DNA from: a virus
Length of the DNA stretch: 45,605 nucleotides
Reading direction: 5' to 3' (one strand)
IMG/VR virus record: IMGVR_UViG_3300045988_018139
Shown here: positions 14,674 through 23,693 of the stretch, in pieces
How the letters are laid out: each line of letters opens with the position of its first letter
How positions within the stretch are numbered: the first letter of the stretch is position 1
Position numbers and translations under genes: made by a program
The notes under the pieces: model-generated
What the model was told of the DNA's origin: nothing
The model's database searches: none
The model's input: the letters and a program-made list of their open reading frames with translations, nothing else

Positions 14674-14733
14674 GTAGGGGAAAATAAACAGGTCACACCC
14701 AAATACACGGCCTTGGTGGCCGTTGTATCTGAT

Positions 14734-15282
14734 TTAATGGGGCCGCAGGGCCTCCGCCATTTGCAGGGCCATTTGCCCCATCTTGGCAAGCTCCTGGGCC
14801 GCTTTGGCCTCCCGGAGAGCGGCGGCACGGTTGCCGTCCGATTTTCTCCAGTTGAAGGCCTTTTGCCGGACCGGGCGCACCAGCTCCGCCCAATAGTGGC
14901 ATTGGTCGCCGGTGATGTATTTCTTTTTGAAACTGAGGTTGATGAGCTGGCCCATGGTTTCACACTCAATGAGCACCCCGTCCAGGTCCTTGAGCCGTTC
15001 CTCATACTCGGTTTCAAAATAGCGCCCATTGGCGGCCACGCAGCCCTTGAGGATGCGGATGGCACAGCCCTGGAGCTCGGCACACAGGTGGAAAGCCTGG
15101 CTCTTTGGAAAATGCGGCTTTCCCACGTCCTGCACTTTCTCATAGAGGGTTTTCTCCACCATCTGGCCGTTTTCCATCACATAGGCCTTTGTGCGCCTGT
15201 ATTCCGGGTCTTTCTGCTTGACCCGCTGGATGGTGTACTCCAGCAAATCAGAGGCAAGAGGGATGATGTCATAGCTTGGCAT
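14734..15282 (-). CDS. avd: DGR accessory variability determinant (Avd-like four-helix-bundle protein)
   Basis: Its position directly upstream of TR-RT fits Avd. The helical protein has an Avd-like FPKSQAFHLCAELQGCAIRILKGCVAAN segment and a basic C-terminal segment (NWRKSDGNR). At 182 aa it is longer than classical Avd. Confidence 0.7.
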   Translation of the reverse strand: MPSYDIIPLASDLLEYTIQRVKQKDPEYRRTKAYVMENGQMVEKTLYEKVQDVGKPHFPKSQAFHLCAELQGCAIRILKGCVAANGRYFETEYEERLKDLDGVLIECETMGQLINLSFKKKYITGDQCHYWAELVRPVRQKAFNWRKSDGNRAAALREAKAAQELAKMGQMALQMAEALRPH

Positions 15283-16019
15283 TAAAACTCAATCCTCGCA
15301 TACGTTTCATTCCAGACGCCCGTGACCACCAGCCCGGTGAGGGTTTCAAAGGTCACCTCAAAGCTGTTGCCGGTCACGTTGGTGCCATATTTCAGCTCAA
15401 GGGTGGAGAGGCGGCTGTCTATGCCCGCCATGGTCACACGGATGTCTGGGTGGGAGTTGGTGTCGGTGTCGTGTTCGGAAACGGCGTCCACAATGTCCTG
15501 GCGGATGTCGGCATGGCTTGCGGGGTCCGTGTTGTGTTCGGCAATGGCCGCCTCCAGGTCCTCCGGGCTCACCGTGTCCAGGGACGCCGTGACGGTAAAC
15601 TCCAGCACGGAGCTGTCCACCACAACGATGTGCATGAGCATGGTGAGCCGCCCGTCCACGCCGGTGGAGATTGCCACCTTTTCCGTGTCCGGGGTGTTGC
15701 AGATGGCAATGAGGGTGCCGTCCTCATCAAAGAGGCCCATTTCACGGACAATGAAGTTGCCCACGCTGTCATCAATGATGATTTTCACGTCCATCATGTT
15801 GGGCACCGTGGGGTTTTGCTCCGCAGACACGATGGGACCCCGCCACAGCTCCCGCACAAGCTCAGTCTGCTCCGTGCTGGGCACATAGTAGCTGCCCCCG
15901 CCGTCACCGGCGGCGGCCTGGGTGATTTTCAGCTTGGTCCCTGCCAAAATGCAGTTGGTAATGAGGGTGGCCCCTGCCGTGGTGATTTTAGTGCCGTATT
16001 TTCTCTCCTGGTCAGGCAT
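15282..16019 (-). CDS. Tail fibre protein (N-terminal collar-type domain plus His-box fibre repeats)
   Basis: N-terminus TKITTAGATLITNCILAGTKLKITQAAAGDGGG is present. The motif EHxTDxxSHxDIR occurs twice. The ATG at 16017-16019 overlaps the upstream stop. Confidence 0.7.
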   Translation of the reverse strand: MPDQERKYGTKITTAGATLITNCILAGTKLKITQAAAGDGGGSYYVPSTEQTELVRELWRGPIVSAEQNPTVPNMMDVKIIIDDSVGNFIVREMGLFDEDGTLIAICNTPDTEKVAISTGVDGRLTMLMHIVVVDSSVLEFTVTASLDTVSPEDLEAAIAEHNTDPASHADIRQDIVDAVSEHDTDTNSHPDIRVTMAGIDSRLSTLELKYGTNVTGNSFEVTFETLTGLVVTGVWNETYARIEF

Positions 16020-16653
16020 TTTCGCTTTCCTCCTGTTCGTATGGATAAATCTCAAGTTTGGCGTGCCATTCAATGGGCCCGGCCCCGATGACGCCGCCGG
16101 AGCTCTCCAGCTCATTGGTGAGCATCGGCCACAGGTCCATGTGCAGGGAGCGCTCCGTGTAGGCCCCCAGCCGGACGCCGCCGGCGGATTGCAAAAGGGC
16201 CGTCATCATAATCAGGATGTTGGCGGGGCGCACCGTCAGCAGCATGTCAAGGATTTCCTCCGCCATGCGGCCCGGCTCCGGCAGCACCGTGTAGTCAAGC
16301 TGGATGTCCAGGGTGTAGTCCTGGAGAGATACGGCATGACCATCCGGGCCACATAGGCCGTCCAGCCAGTTCCGCAGCCAGCGCATGGTGTAGGGCAATT
16401 CCAAATTCCACTTGGCTTTGATGCGGGCCTTGCGGGCCTCCAGGGTGTCTGTGTCTTTGGGATAGAGCCGCAGCTCTTGCTCCCACACAGCCACGCCGTT
16501 CTCATCGGCGTCCTCCAGGAATTGATTGGCCAGCACCAGGGCCATGGCATCCCAGGCCAGGGAGATTTCCGGCTCATTGGCCCCGTTGATGGTCTGAAAC
16601 TCCAGCGCCTCCCGGAGCACCGGGGGGAGATAGTCTAAAAGGCGTCTATCCAT
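16012..16653 (-). CDS. XkdU/DUF2313-like baseplate/tail protein
   Basis: N-terminus LLDYLPPVLREALEFQTI and the position after baseplate J fit this family. Confidence 0.65.
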   Translation of the reverse strand: MDRRLLDYLPPVLREALEFQTINGANEPEISLAWDAMALVLANQFLEDADENGVAVWEQELRLYPKDTDTLEARKARIKAKWNLELPYTMRWLRNWLDGLCGPDGHAVSLQDYTLDIQLDYTVLPEPGRMAEEILDMLLTVRPANILIMMTALLQSAGGVRLGAYTERSLHMDLWPMLTNELESSGGVIGAGPIEWHAKLEIYPYEQEESENA

Positions 16654-17869
16654 CGGTGACCTCCCCTCTGGCCGGGATGCTGTCCGGGCCCAGGGCCAGG
16701 TTGCTCTCCTGGCCGTTGATTTTGGTGCCGCCGATGTCCGTCACCATGTTGGAACACTCGGAGAGGATGCGGCTTTCAATCTGTGAAATGCGGACGGTCA
16801 AAAAATCGGAGCTGGCCCAATCCTGGGACAGCTCCACAAAATAGGCGTCAATGACGGCCTCCACATAGCTCTTGACAGCCTCCCAATCCCACCCGGAGGC
16901 ATAGGTCAGGTGGAGCTCAATGTCCACCTCCTCCGGCGTCACGCCGGTCACGTGGACCACATGGCCGATGGGAGCCAGCCCCAGGCCCTCCCCAGCGTTC
17001 TGCTCCGGGTCAATGGCGGTCTGGATTTCCTCCAGCAGCGTGGGTGTGGGGGCTTTGTAGTCGGAGGCCATGATGACCAGCTTGACAGTGCCGCCCACCG
17101 TGAGCTTTTTCTCTTTGGCCGCCGTGTAGACAGCCGTGAGCCAGGCGGCCACCGTGCCGCTCACCGTGGAGATGGTGCTGGTGTACCAGGCATCAACGGC
17201 CTCATCCGGGATGAGGCTGGCCGGGGCTATATCGCCATTCCAGACGGGGTGGATTTTTAGGTCCCCCACGCCGTTCATGGCCAGCACCTTTTCCCGGTAG
17301 TCGGCCTGGTTGCCGCCAAAGGCCTGAGATTGGAAACTGTCCAGCACCCGTTGGCGGAAAGCCTCCGTTTCCTCCTCATCATCGCCAGGGATGAGGAGTT
17401 CCACAAGCTCCGCACGGGTGAGCCCTTGCACATATTCCACCGGGATGAGGGTGCCGCCGTAGGTGTTGGCGGCAGCTCCGGGGGTTTCGCATGTGACTTG
17501 GTGGCTGAGGCCGGTTTCCGTGTCATCCTCCGGGTCCATCCGGGCGGTGACCACAAAGTTGAGGTCATCGCAGGAGAAACGGGTCCCCACCGGCACCTCA
17601 ATGTTAAACTCCGCCCGATAGACGGCGGGGCTGGCCGGGTAGGGGTCCATGTTTCGGTCATGGGCCCGCTTGATGAGGTATTCACGGGGAGCCGTGGCAA
17701 TGTAGGTGGCCTGAAAAACAAAGTCCGCCGCAATGTAGAGCTGGGCCAGCTCCGCCATGGACGGGGCCACACCGTTCATCACCATGGAGCCCTCACGCTT
17801 ATCCACCGGGGAGGTCACCCTGGAGAGCGCCCTGGCCAGCAGCGCCTCATAGGTCATGTTCTCAAACAT
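16646..17869 (-). CDS. Baseplate J-like protein (XkdT-like)
   Basis: Its size and the N-terminal MTYEALLARALSRV...DKREGS pattern fit Baseplate_J. Synteny agrees. Confidence 0.75.
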   Translation of the reverse strand: MFENMTYEALLARALSRVTSPVDKREGSMVMNGVAPSMAELAQLYIAADFVFQATYIATAPREYLIKRAHDRNMDPYPASPAVYRAEFNIEVPVGTRFSCDDLNFVVTARMDPEDDTETGLSHQVTCETPGAAANTYGGTLIPVEYVQGLTRAELVELLIPGDDEEETEAFRQRVLDSFQSQAFGGNQADYREKVLAMNGVGDLKIHPVWNGDIAPASLIPDEAVDAWYTSTISTVSGTVAAWLTAVYTAAKEKKLTVGGTVKLVIMASDYKAPTPTLLEEIQTAIDPEQNAGEGLGLAPIGHVVHVTGVTPEEVDIELHLTYASGWDWEAVKSYVEAVIDAYFVELSQDWASSDFLTVRISQIESRILSECSNMVTDIGGTKINGQESNLALGPDSIPARGEVTDG

Positions 17870-18280
17870 TCAGATGTCAACCTCCTTTTCGGCGCTCACA
17901 TCGCCATAGATTGTGTGGACGGTAAACCGGGCCGTGACCCAATTTCTGCCCGTTTCAAATTCCCAGCCGTCCAGGGAGGTGATGCGGTCATCCTGGAGTA
18001 AAGCCTCCGTGATGCGCCGCTTTATCTCGCTCATGGCATAGTCCTTGGGCTTACCTATCAAATCGGACAGCTCGGAGCCGTAGTTGCGGGAATAGATGGG
18101 GAAAGCGTAGCGCTCCACGTTCAAAATGAGGTAAACGGCCTGGAGCACAGCATCCTGCTCATCCGTCATGCCCCGCACTCTGTTCTGTTCAATGTCCAGC
18201 TTGTGCGTGTAGCTGGGTTGGGTTTCCACCGCAAAGGAGATGAGGTCCAGGTCATCCCCCGTGGTCGGTAAAGTCGGCAT
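17870..18280 (-). CDS. XkdS/DUF2634-like baseplate protein
   Basis: Called by synteny and size. The ATG at 18278-18280 overlaps the upstream stop. Confidence 0.6.
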   Translation of the reverse strand: MPTLPTTGDDLDLISFAVETQPSYTHKLDIEQNRVRGMTDEQDAVLQAVYLILNVERYAFPIYSRNYGSELSDLIGKPKDYAMSEIKRRITEALLQDDRITSLDGWEFETGRNWVTARFTVHTIYGDVSAEKEVDI

Positions 18281-18684
18281 TACTCTCTCGCCTCCCATCT
18301 GCCCAGGACTATGTACTGCTGGCCGCCGTCACAGCGTAGGAGGATGACTTTCTCCCCCATCTGGAGGGCGTTGTGGACCATCCACTTTTTCTTGCCCTGG
18401 TAGCGGTGCTTGTGGGGCGCAAAAGAGGCGTCCCCGGCTCCGCCGCTGGTTTCCTCGGTTTCGTGGAAGTCCGGCAGAGTGGTCATTTCCACGGCATAGT
18501 CCCTCACGGCGTCCGTGAGGATGAGCTGGGCCTCGGTCAATATTTTCTTTTGGTCAACGGTGATTTCAAGCGGGGATGTAGATGTCACATAGCCATAGCC
18601 CCCGCTCATGGGAGCGCCAGCCTGGACGGCCTCAACGGCGGCCCGCTTTACCAGCCGCACCAGTTCATTGATGTCAAGTGACAA
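18280..18684 (-). CDS. XkdR/DUF2577-like baseplate protein
   Basis: Called by synteny. The probable start is TTG at 18682-18684, 6 nt after GAGGTG. The longer listed ORF overlaps the upstream gene. Confidence 0.5.
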   Translation of the reverse strand: MSLDINELVRLVKRAAVEAVQAGAPMSGGYGYVTSTSPLEITVDQKKILTEAQLILTDAVRDYAVEMTTLPDFHETEETSGGAGDASFAPHKHRYQGKKKWMVHNALQMGEKVILLRCDGGQQYIVLGRWEARE

Positions 18685-19639
18685 ACGTACCACCTCGCAT
18701 TTTGAGCTCCATGAGGTGCTGCTCATTGTTGAAAGTGTGCTTGACCTGCTCCACCATGAGATAGCTGGACACATTCATGTCACCCAGCCCCAGCATGACC
18801 ACCAGCAGGGTCCCAGCCCTCACCCGGATGTCCCCCAGCACGTCTTTGAGCTTGAGGGTGCGGGTCTTGGTGTTGTATAGGCTGAGGAGGGCGTCCGCCA
18901 TGGCCTTGGCGTTGGTGGTGCTGTCCAGCTTTTCATAGTATTGCAGGACACCCCATTGGTTGATGTTGGAGCTGTCCTGGGCAACGAAAATTTCTCTTGC
19001 CCCGGTGTCCTTGTTTTCATAGGAGAGCTTGATTTTGTCATAGGTCTGGGAGGCGATGGAGCTTTTATAGTCAAAGTCCCCCGCCGTGTCCTCATCAATC
19101 AAGAGCCCCAATTTCATGCTGCCAATGTTTTTGAGGGTCAGCTTGCCCACGTCATCATAGAGCACATACATCTGGGACGTGGCCTTGAGGGTTTCGTCCA
19201 ATGCGGTCTGGATGATGTCAAAGAGGGTCTTGTTGTCCTCCACCCGGCTCCCGATGGTGTAGCCCGTATCCTCCAGGTCACCCACGTTGAGCTGGAAGTC
19301 CTCCGCAATCATGCGTATCACATCGGCGGCGGTCTTGTTGGTGTAGACATAGGTGTCTTTGTTCTTGAGGTAGTAAAGCTGGTCATACACAGTTATTTGG
19401 ATGATGTCATCGGTGCTGCCCTTGCGGGATTTCTCAAACACAAAGCCGTAAAAGACGGGGGTGCCGTCCACGGAAAAACGGCAGGGGTCCCCCTCTTGAA
19501 AGCTCAGGCCCGGCGTTTTGACCACCTCGGCAATGAGTTTGCCGGGCTGGCCTTGCCGCTCCCACTCAATGCTCACATTTTCAACCACGGGGGGCAGCAT
19601 GATGGTCCCCTGGTGTTGTATCAGCAGCTCATAGGTCAT
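18674..19639 (-). CDS. XkdQ-like tail/baseplate hub protein (late-control-D-like)
   Basis: An ATGA overlap links it to the upstream LysM gene. Size and position match xkdQ homologues. Confidence 0.65.
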   Translation of the reverse strand: MTYELLIQHQGTIMLPPVVENVSIEWERQGQPGKLIAEVVKTPGLSFQEGDPCRFSVDGTPVFYGFVFEKSRKGSTDDIIQITVYDQLYYLKNKDTYVYTNKTAADVIRMIAEDFQLNVGDLEDTGYTIGSRVEDNKTLFDIIQTALDETLKATSQMYVLYDDVGKLTLKNIGSMKLGLLIDEDTAGDFDYKSSIASQTYDKIKLSYENKDTGAREIFVAQDSSNINQWGVLQYYEKLDSTTNAKAMADALLSLYNTKTRTLKLKDVLGDIRVRAGTLLVVMLGLGDMNVSSYLMVEQVKHTFNNEQHLMELKMRGGTFVT

Positions 19640-20280
19640 GGGATGGTGAGCACCTGCCCCACATAGATGAGGTTGGGATTGCTGATTTTGTCCGTGTTCG
19701 CATTGTAGATTTTGTTGTACTCCGCCCCGCTCCCATAATATTTGGCGGCGATAGCCCATAGGCTGTCACCGGCTTTGACCGTGTAGGTCTTAGCCGTGGG
19801 GGCGGTGCTGGCGTCCCGCTCTTTCTCCACCGTGACGGTCTGGGTGCCGCCGGTTTCCTGGGGCTCCTCAACGGTCACGGTTTTGGTGCCGTAGTCCCGC
19901 CATTGCTTGAGGTTGACATCTATGGTCACGTCCAGGCCCTTTTTGCCGTCCTCGGTGATGTTGTAATCCTCCACGCTCACTTTGATGTTGGTGTCAAAGA
20001 GCATCCCCCCGGAGGGAGACGCCCGGACCAGCATGAATTGGGTGGTTTCTTTGTTGGTTTTCAGCCGCTCCAGCAGGCCCATGTAATAGTCTGGGGAGCG
20101 GGAGCCCGTGAGCATGGGCAAGTCAAAGGGCACGGTGATTTCCGTGAGGCCAGGGGCCCGCAGGAAATTGACCTCCCCCTCATTCAAGAGGACCAGGGTT
20201 TTGTTTTTGCCCTTTATTTTCACCTGGAGCTTTTCCGGGGTGGGCCATGCGGCCCCGCCCAGATAGCAGGTATAGCTCAT
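19636..20280 (-). CDS. LysM-domain tail protein (XkdP-like)
   Basis: A C-terminal LysM domain is present: YTVKAGDSLWAIAAKYYGSGAEYNKIYNANTDKISNPNLIYVGQVLTIP. Confidence 0.8.
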   Translation of the reverse strand: MSYTCYLGGAAWPTPEKLQVKIKGKNKTLVLLNEGEVNFLRAPGLTEITVPFDLPMLTGSRSPDYYMGLLERLKTNKETTQFMLVRASPSGGMLFDTNIKVSVEDYNITEDGKKGLDVTIDVNLKQWRDYGTKTVTVEEPQETGGTQTVTVEKERDASTAPTAKTYTVKAGDSLWAIAAKYYGSGAEYNKIYNANTDKISNPNLIYVGQVLTIP

Positions 20281-20339
20281 CTTGATGCCCTCCTTTTTTC
20301 CATTGGAAAAAACTCTGTATTTCCGGCATGGGGCAGGGT

Positions 20340-22493
20340 CTACGCATGGACGCCCTCCGCCGCCGTCAGCAGGGCCTCTGTAAAGCCGTCTGTGAGGGTG
20401 GAGATTACGCCGTCCAAATCGGCCCCGCCCTCAATGCGGTTGGTCATGCCGGTCATGTCAATGCGGACCTCTGCCGTGGTGAAACGGTTGATTGCATCCC
20501 GTTCCGCAATGTCCCGCAGATACTCCAGCTCCTCCGTGGAGGCGCTGAGAGCATCGGCGGCGGCTCCGGTGTTGGCGGCGGTCTGGCCGGTGTTGCCCAA
20601 AAGGTCATCCATGGCAAAATCACCGTAGTTGCTCCCGGTGCCCAGGCCGGTGCCGTAGTCGGTAGCGGCTCCCAGGTCGAAGTCAAACAGGCCGCTCACA
20701 GCGTCAGAAACGCCGCTTGCTACACCATCGCCCCAATTTGCCCCGGCGTTGAAAGCATCGGACACCCAGCCGCTCTGCCAGGTGTCAAAGGTGCTCATGC
20801 CCTCACTGAAAGCATCCCCTACACTCACAAAGTCCTTGATATTGCCGGAGGCCTCCGCCGCTTTAGAGGCGTAGTCGCTGGCGGCGTTGGTGATGCCGGA
20901 ATAGTCAAATTCTACAAAGGGCAGCTTGTTCAGTGCCTCGCAGATACCGGCCACAACGGTGAGCGCCGTGGAAAGCAGGTTGTAAAACCAGGATTGCACG
21001 CCGGAGATGACATTGCTGAAAGCAATGCCGATGTTTTGAGCGCAGGCTCCCAGGGCGTTCCAGATGCCCAAGGCAATATTGGCCACCGTGAGGCCCAGGT
21101 TGACAAAGAATTGAATGACAACATTGATGCCGCCAGCGATGACGCCAAAGCCGCTGTTGGCGATGCCGGTAAACTTGGCAATGGCCGAACAGGCGGCGTA
21201 TATGGCCGCCACAAGGGCAATGACCGCCACCACAATCCAGGTGATGGGGCAGGCCGCAAGGGCCGCATTGAGCCCGTATTGGGCCGCTGTCTGGGCAAAG
21301 GTGGCCCCGGTGCTCATCATCAAAGCCGCCGCTTTCACGCCCTCTGCCAGCGCCATGGCGGCATTGATGCCGTTGGTGATGAGCGCCACGGCATTGTAGG
21401 CGATAAAGGCCGCCACCAGGCCGTACACAATGGGGCTTATCCAGCTCCAGTTGTCCACCACAAAGGATGCACCGTTGATGAGGAGGTCCAGGACGCCGGT
21501 GGCCACACTGGCCAGCATGGCCAGCCCGTTGATGGCTCCGTCAATGACCGTGTTAAACTGTGCGCTGTTGGCCACCTGATTGAGCCGTGTGAGCACGGGC
21601 TCAAAGGCCGCCAGGGCCGTGTTTTGCATCTTGGTGCAGATTTGGGCCCAGGTCATGGGCATACTCTCAAACTTGGCATTGGTTTCATCTGCCACAGAGA
21701 GGAGGGCGTTTTTCACCACGTCTGCCGTGATGAGGCCCTCCTCCGCATAGGATTTGATGGAGCCCTCTGCCACGCCCATGTAGCTCTCAATGGCACGGGC
21801 GATGCCGGGGGCGTTCTCCAGGATGGAGTTTAGCTCCTCACCCCGGAGAGCACCGGCGGCCATGGCCTGGGTGAGCTGGAGCATGGCCGCAGACTGGCCC
21901 TCCGCCGTAGCACCGCCAATGACAAATTGCTTATTGACTTGCTCCATAAAAGCGATGAGCTCATCATTGCTTTCAAAAGCCCGGCCAGCGTTTGCGCCCA
22001 TGCTGGCAATGGCGGAGGCGGTGTCCAGGTAGGCCGCCCTGGAGCGCTGGGCAGATGCCATGATTTTCTGCTCCAGCTCATCCACAGAGCCCCCGTCATC
22101 CACAAGGAAACTGAGGCGGGCCGTGGTGCTGGTCAGCTTATCAGACAGCCCCAGGAGCGCTTTTGCGCCCGCTCCGGCGGCCAGCGTGGCCACAATGCCT
22201 TTGACCTTGCCCAGCAGCCCATCCGCAGCGCTCGTGCCGTTGCGGAGGCCCTTGTTGAGCACTTCCTCCTGTTGAGCCGCCCGGCGGTAGCCCTCCGCCA
22301 TGTCATCAACCTCACGGTTGGCCTCCACAAGCGCAGCTCTGGCCGCCTGGATTTGAGCCGTGTCCACAGCCCGCCCGGAGGCACGCTGGACCTGCTCAAA
22401 GGCATTGAGGGTGGTGTTGAGCGCCGTGTTGATTTTTCTGAGCACGCCGCTGATGCCGTCATTTAGGACCATCTGGGACCTGATTGTTGCCAC
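20340..22493 (-). CDS. Tail tape measure protein
   Basis: 717 aa, Ala/Gly-rich and helical, with a central block of hydrophobic segments. It follows the chaperone genes. GTG start after GGGGGTG. Confidence 0.85.
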   Translation of the reverse strand: MATIRSQMVLNDGISGVLRKINTALNTTLNAFEQVQRASGRAVDTAQIQAARAALVEANREVDDMAEGYRRAAQQEEVLNKGLRNGTSAADGLLGKVKGIVATLAAGAGAKALLGLSDKLTSTTARLSFLVDDGGSVDELEQKIMASAQRSRAAYLDTASAIASMGANAGRAFESNDELIAFMEQVNKQFVIGGATAEGQSAAMLQLTQAMAAGALRGEELNSILENAPGIARAIESYMGVAEGSIKSYAEEGLITADVVKNALLSVADETNAKFESMPMTWAQICTKMQNTALAAFEPVLTRLNQVANSAQFNTVIDGAINGLAMLASVATGVLDLLINGASFVVDNWSWISPIVYGLVAAFIAYNAVALITNGINAAMALAEGVKAAALMMSTGATFAQTAAQYGLNAALAACPITWIVVAVIALVAAIYAACSAIAKFTGIANSGFGVIAGGINVVIQFFVNLGLTVANIALGIWNALGACAQNIGIAFSNVISGVQSWFYNLLSTALTVVAGICEALNKLPFVEFDYSGITNAASDYASKAAEASGNIKDFVSVGDAFSEGMSTFDTWQSGWVSDAFNAGANWGDGVASGVSDAVSGLFDFDLGAATDYGTGLGTGSNYGDFAMDDLLGNTGQTAANTGAAADALSASTEELEYLRDIAERDAINRFTTAEVRIDMTGMTNRIEGGADLDGVISTLTDGFTEALLTAAEGVHA

Positions 22494-22547
22494 GGTTTCA
22501 CCCCCTTTTTAAGAATTAGGCCCCCGCCATACAGCGGGGGCCCCGGT

Positions 22548-22757
22548 TCACTTCCGTTTTGATTTGCCTTTTCTCATCTTGCTTTTCAGTTCTGCCTCCC
22601 GTTTCTTTTCGTCCTCGCCCCGCACCTGGATGGATGCGATGACAAAGGCCCGCTCCTTGACAGGCAGGTCTAAAAACTTGGACGGCTCCCAGCCAAACTT
22701 TTGCAGGCAAAAATGGGCAAAATTGGCCTCCGGGTCACCGTCCAGAATTAGTTTTTT
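22548..22757 (-). CDS. -1 frameshift extension of the tail assembly chaperone (fusion product 23173..22548)
   Basis: The -1 frame is open from the slippery site to TGA at 22548-22550. It has no ATG/GTG/TTG start before the slippery site (the only in-frame ATG is 9 codons before the stop). It encodes LILDGDPEANFAHFCLQKFGWEPSKFLDLPVKERAFVIASIQVRGEDEKKRE... Confidence 0.65.
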   Translation of the reverse strand, partial: KKLILDGDPEANFAHFCLQKFGWEPSKFLDLPVKERAFVIASIQVRGEDEKKREAELKSKMRKGKSKRK

Positions 22758-23173
22758 GCCTCGGCCACCATGTCATCATCGGTCTTGAAACCGTTGACCT
22801 GGAAAACCTCCGTGACATAATCGTCAAACTCGCCGCCGATGAGCAGCTTGCCAATCAGCTCCTCCGGCTTGGCCACGCCCCAATCGTTCTGGAGCGCCGC
22901 ATTGTTGAGGTCCGGGAACACGGTGCAGCGGGCGGCCACCTTGGCCTGGAAAGTGTAGGTGTCAAGCTGCTGGGTGTACTGGCCCTTTTTACCGGGCACG
23001 GGGACCTGGCGGATGCAGCCGGAGCGGATGCGGGCATACTCATCGGCAGAGATGCAGCAGATTTCCCACTCCATGGGCTTGCCGTCCTCCCCCTTGATAC
23101 GGGGGGAGGCGGCATATTTGTGGTTTTCAATCTGCTCAACATTGGCACGCATGAAAGCGGACAGGTTACTCAT
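22748..23173 (-). CDS. Tail assembly chaperone (XkdN-like)
   Basis: Its position between tube and tape measure fits. AAGGAGG RBS is present. The N-terminus is MSNLSAFMRANVEQIENHKY. Confidence 0.75.
   Translation of the reverse strand: MSNLSAFMRANVEQIENHKYAASPRIKGEDGKPMEWEICCISADEYARIRSGCIRQVPVPGKKGQYTQQLDTYTFQAKVAARCTVFPDLNNAALQNDWGVAKPEELIGKLLIGGEFDDYVTEVFQVNGFKTDDDMVAEAKN
22751..22757 (-). promoter_or_regulatory. Slippery heptamer A_AAA_AAC for -1 programmed ribosomal frameshift
   Basis: Read as gca aaa aac taa at the end of the XkdN-like gene. This is the canonical X_XXY_YYZ form in the conserved chaperone position between tube and tape measure. Confidence 0.65.
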
Positions 23174-23204
23174 GGATGATTTCCTCCTTTTGTGTTATGC
23201 GGCC

Positions 23205-23678
23205 TTACATGTAGGCCGGGTTGGTGTACTGTTCGGGACGGGTAAAGCTGTCACAGTAGCCCTCAATAGACTGCTCGACAAAATCACCCTCTGCATTGAA
23301 CATGGACAGCAGCACATCACCGTCCAGGATGCAGTTGTTGTAAATCTTGGTGCTCCGGCCCACGGTGGTGGCGGGGTCATCATTGGAGGTCTGGATGTCA
23401 AAGGTGGGCATCACGCCGGTCTTGATGAAGTTCTCCACCACCAGGTCAAAAATCTCCGTGCATTTGTAGATGGTCATGGAGAAAGACAGGGCAACGGTCT
23501 GAGCCTTATGGCCCACCACCACGCTGCCCAGCTTGTAGACCTCGGCGGTGTTGACAGAGGCCGTGCCCTCAAACTCCTTGGCCATAAGCATGGAGTAGCG
23601 GGTGCCGTCCAGGGTGACAAAACACTCCGCAAAATTGGCGCTCACAGCGTCCTGGGTGTTCATAATCGGTCCAGGCAT
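23205..23678 (-). CDS. Tail tube protein (XkdM-like)
   Basis: 157 aa, immediately after the sheath gene. AAGGAGGG RBS is present. Confidence 0.75.
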   Translation of the reverse strand: MPGPIMNTQDAVSANFAECFVTLDGTRYSMLMAKEFEGTASVNTAEVYKLGSVVVGHKAQTVALSFSMTIYKCTEIFDLVVENFIKTGVMPTFDIQTSNDDPATTVGRSTKIYNNCILDGDVLLSMFNAEGDFVEQSIEGYCDSFTRPEQYTNPAYM

Positions 23679-23693
23679 TTCTCATTCCCTCCT

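Noticed and set aside
14466-15143. 225-aa minus-strand ORF spanning the TR (ends ...NTNNTNNAWRLNSNGNINNNNCTNTNGSRPAL...)
   Set aside because: Its C-terminal part is simply the TR read in the VR frame, and its N-terminal part overlaps avd out of frame. TR is a non-coding template, not a gene.
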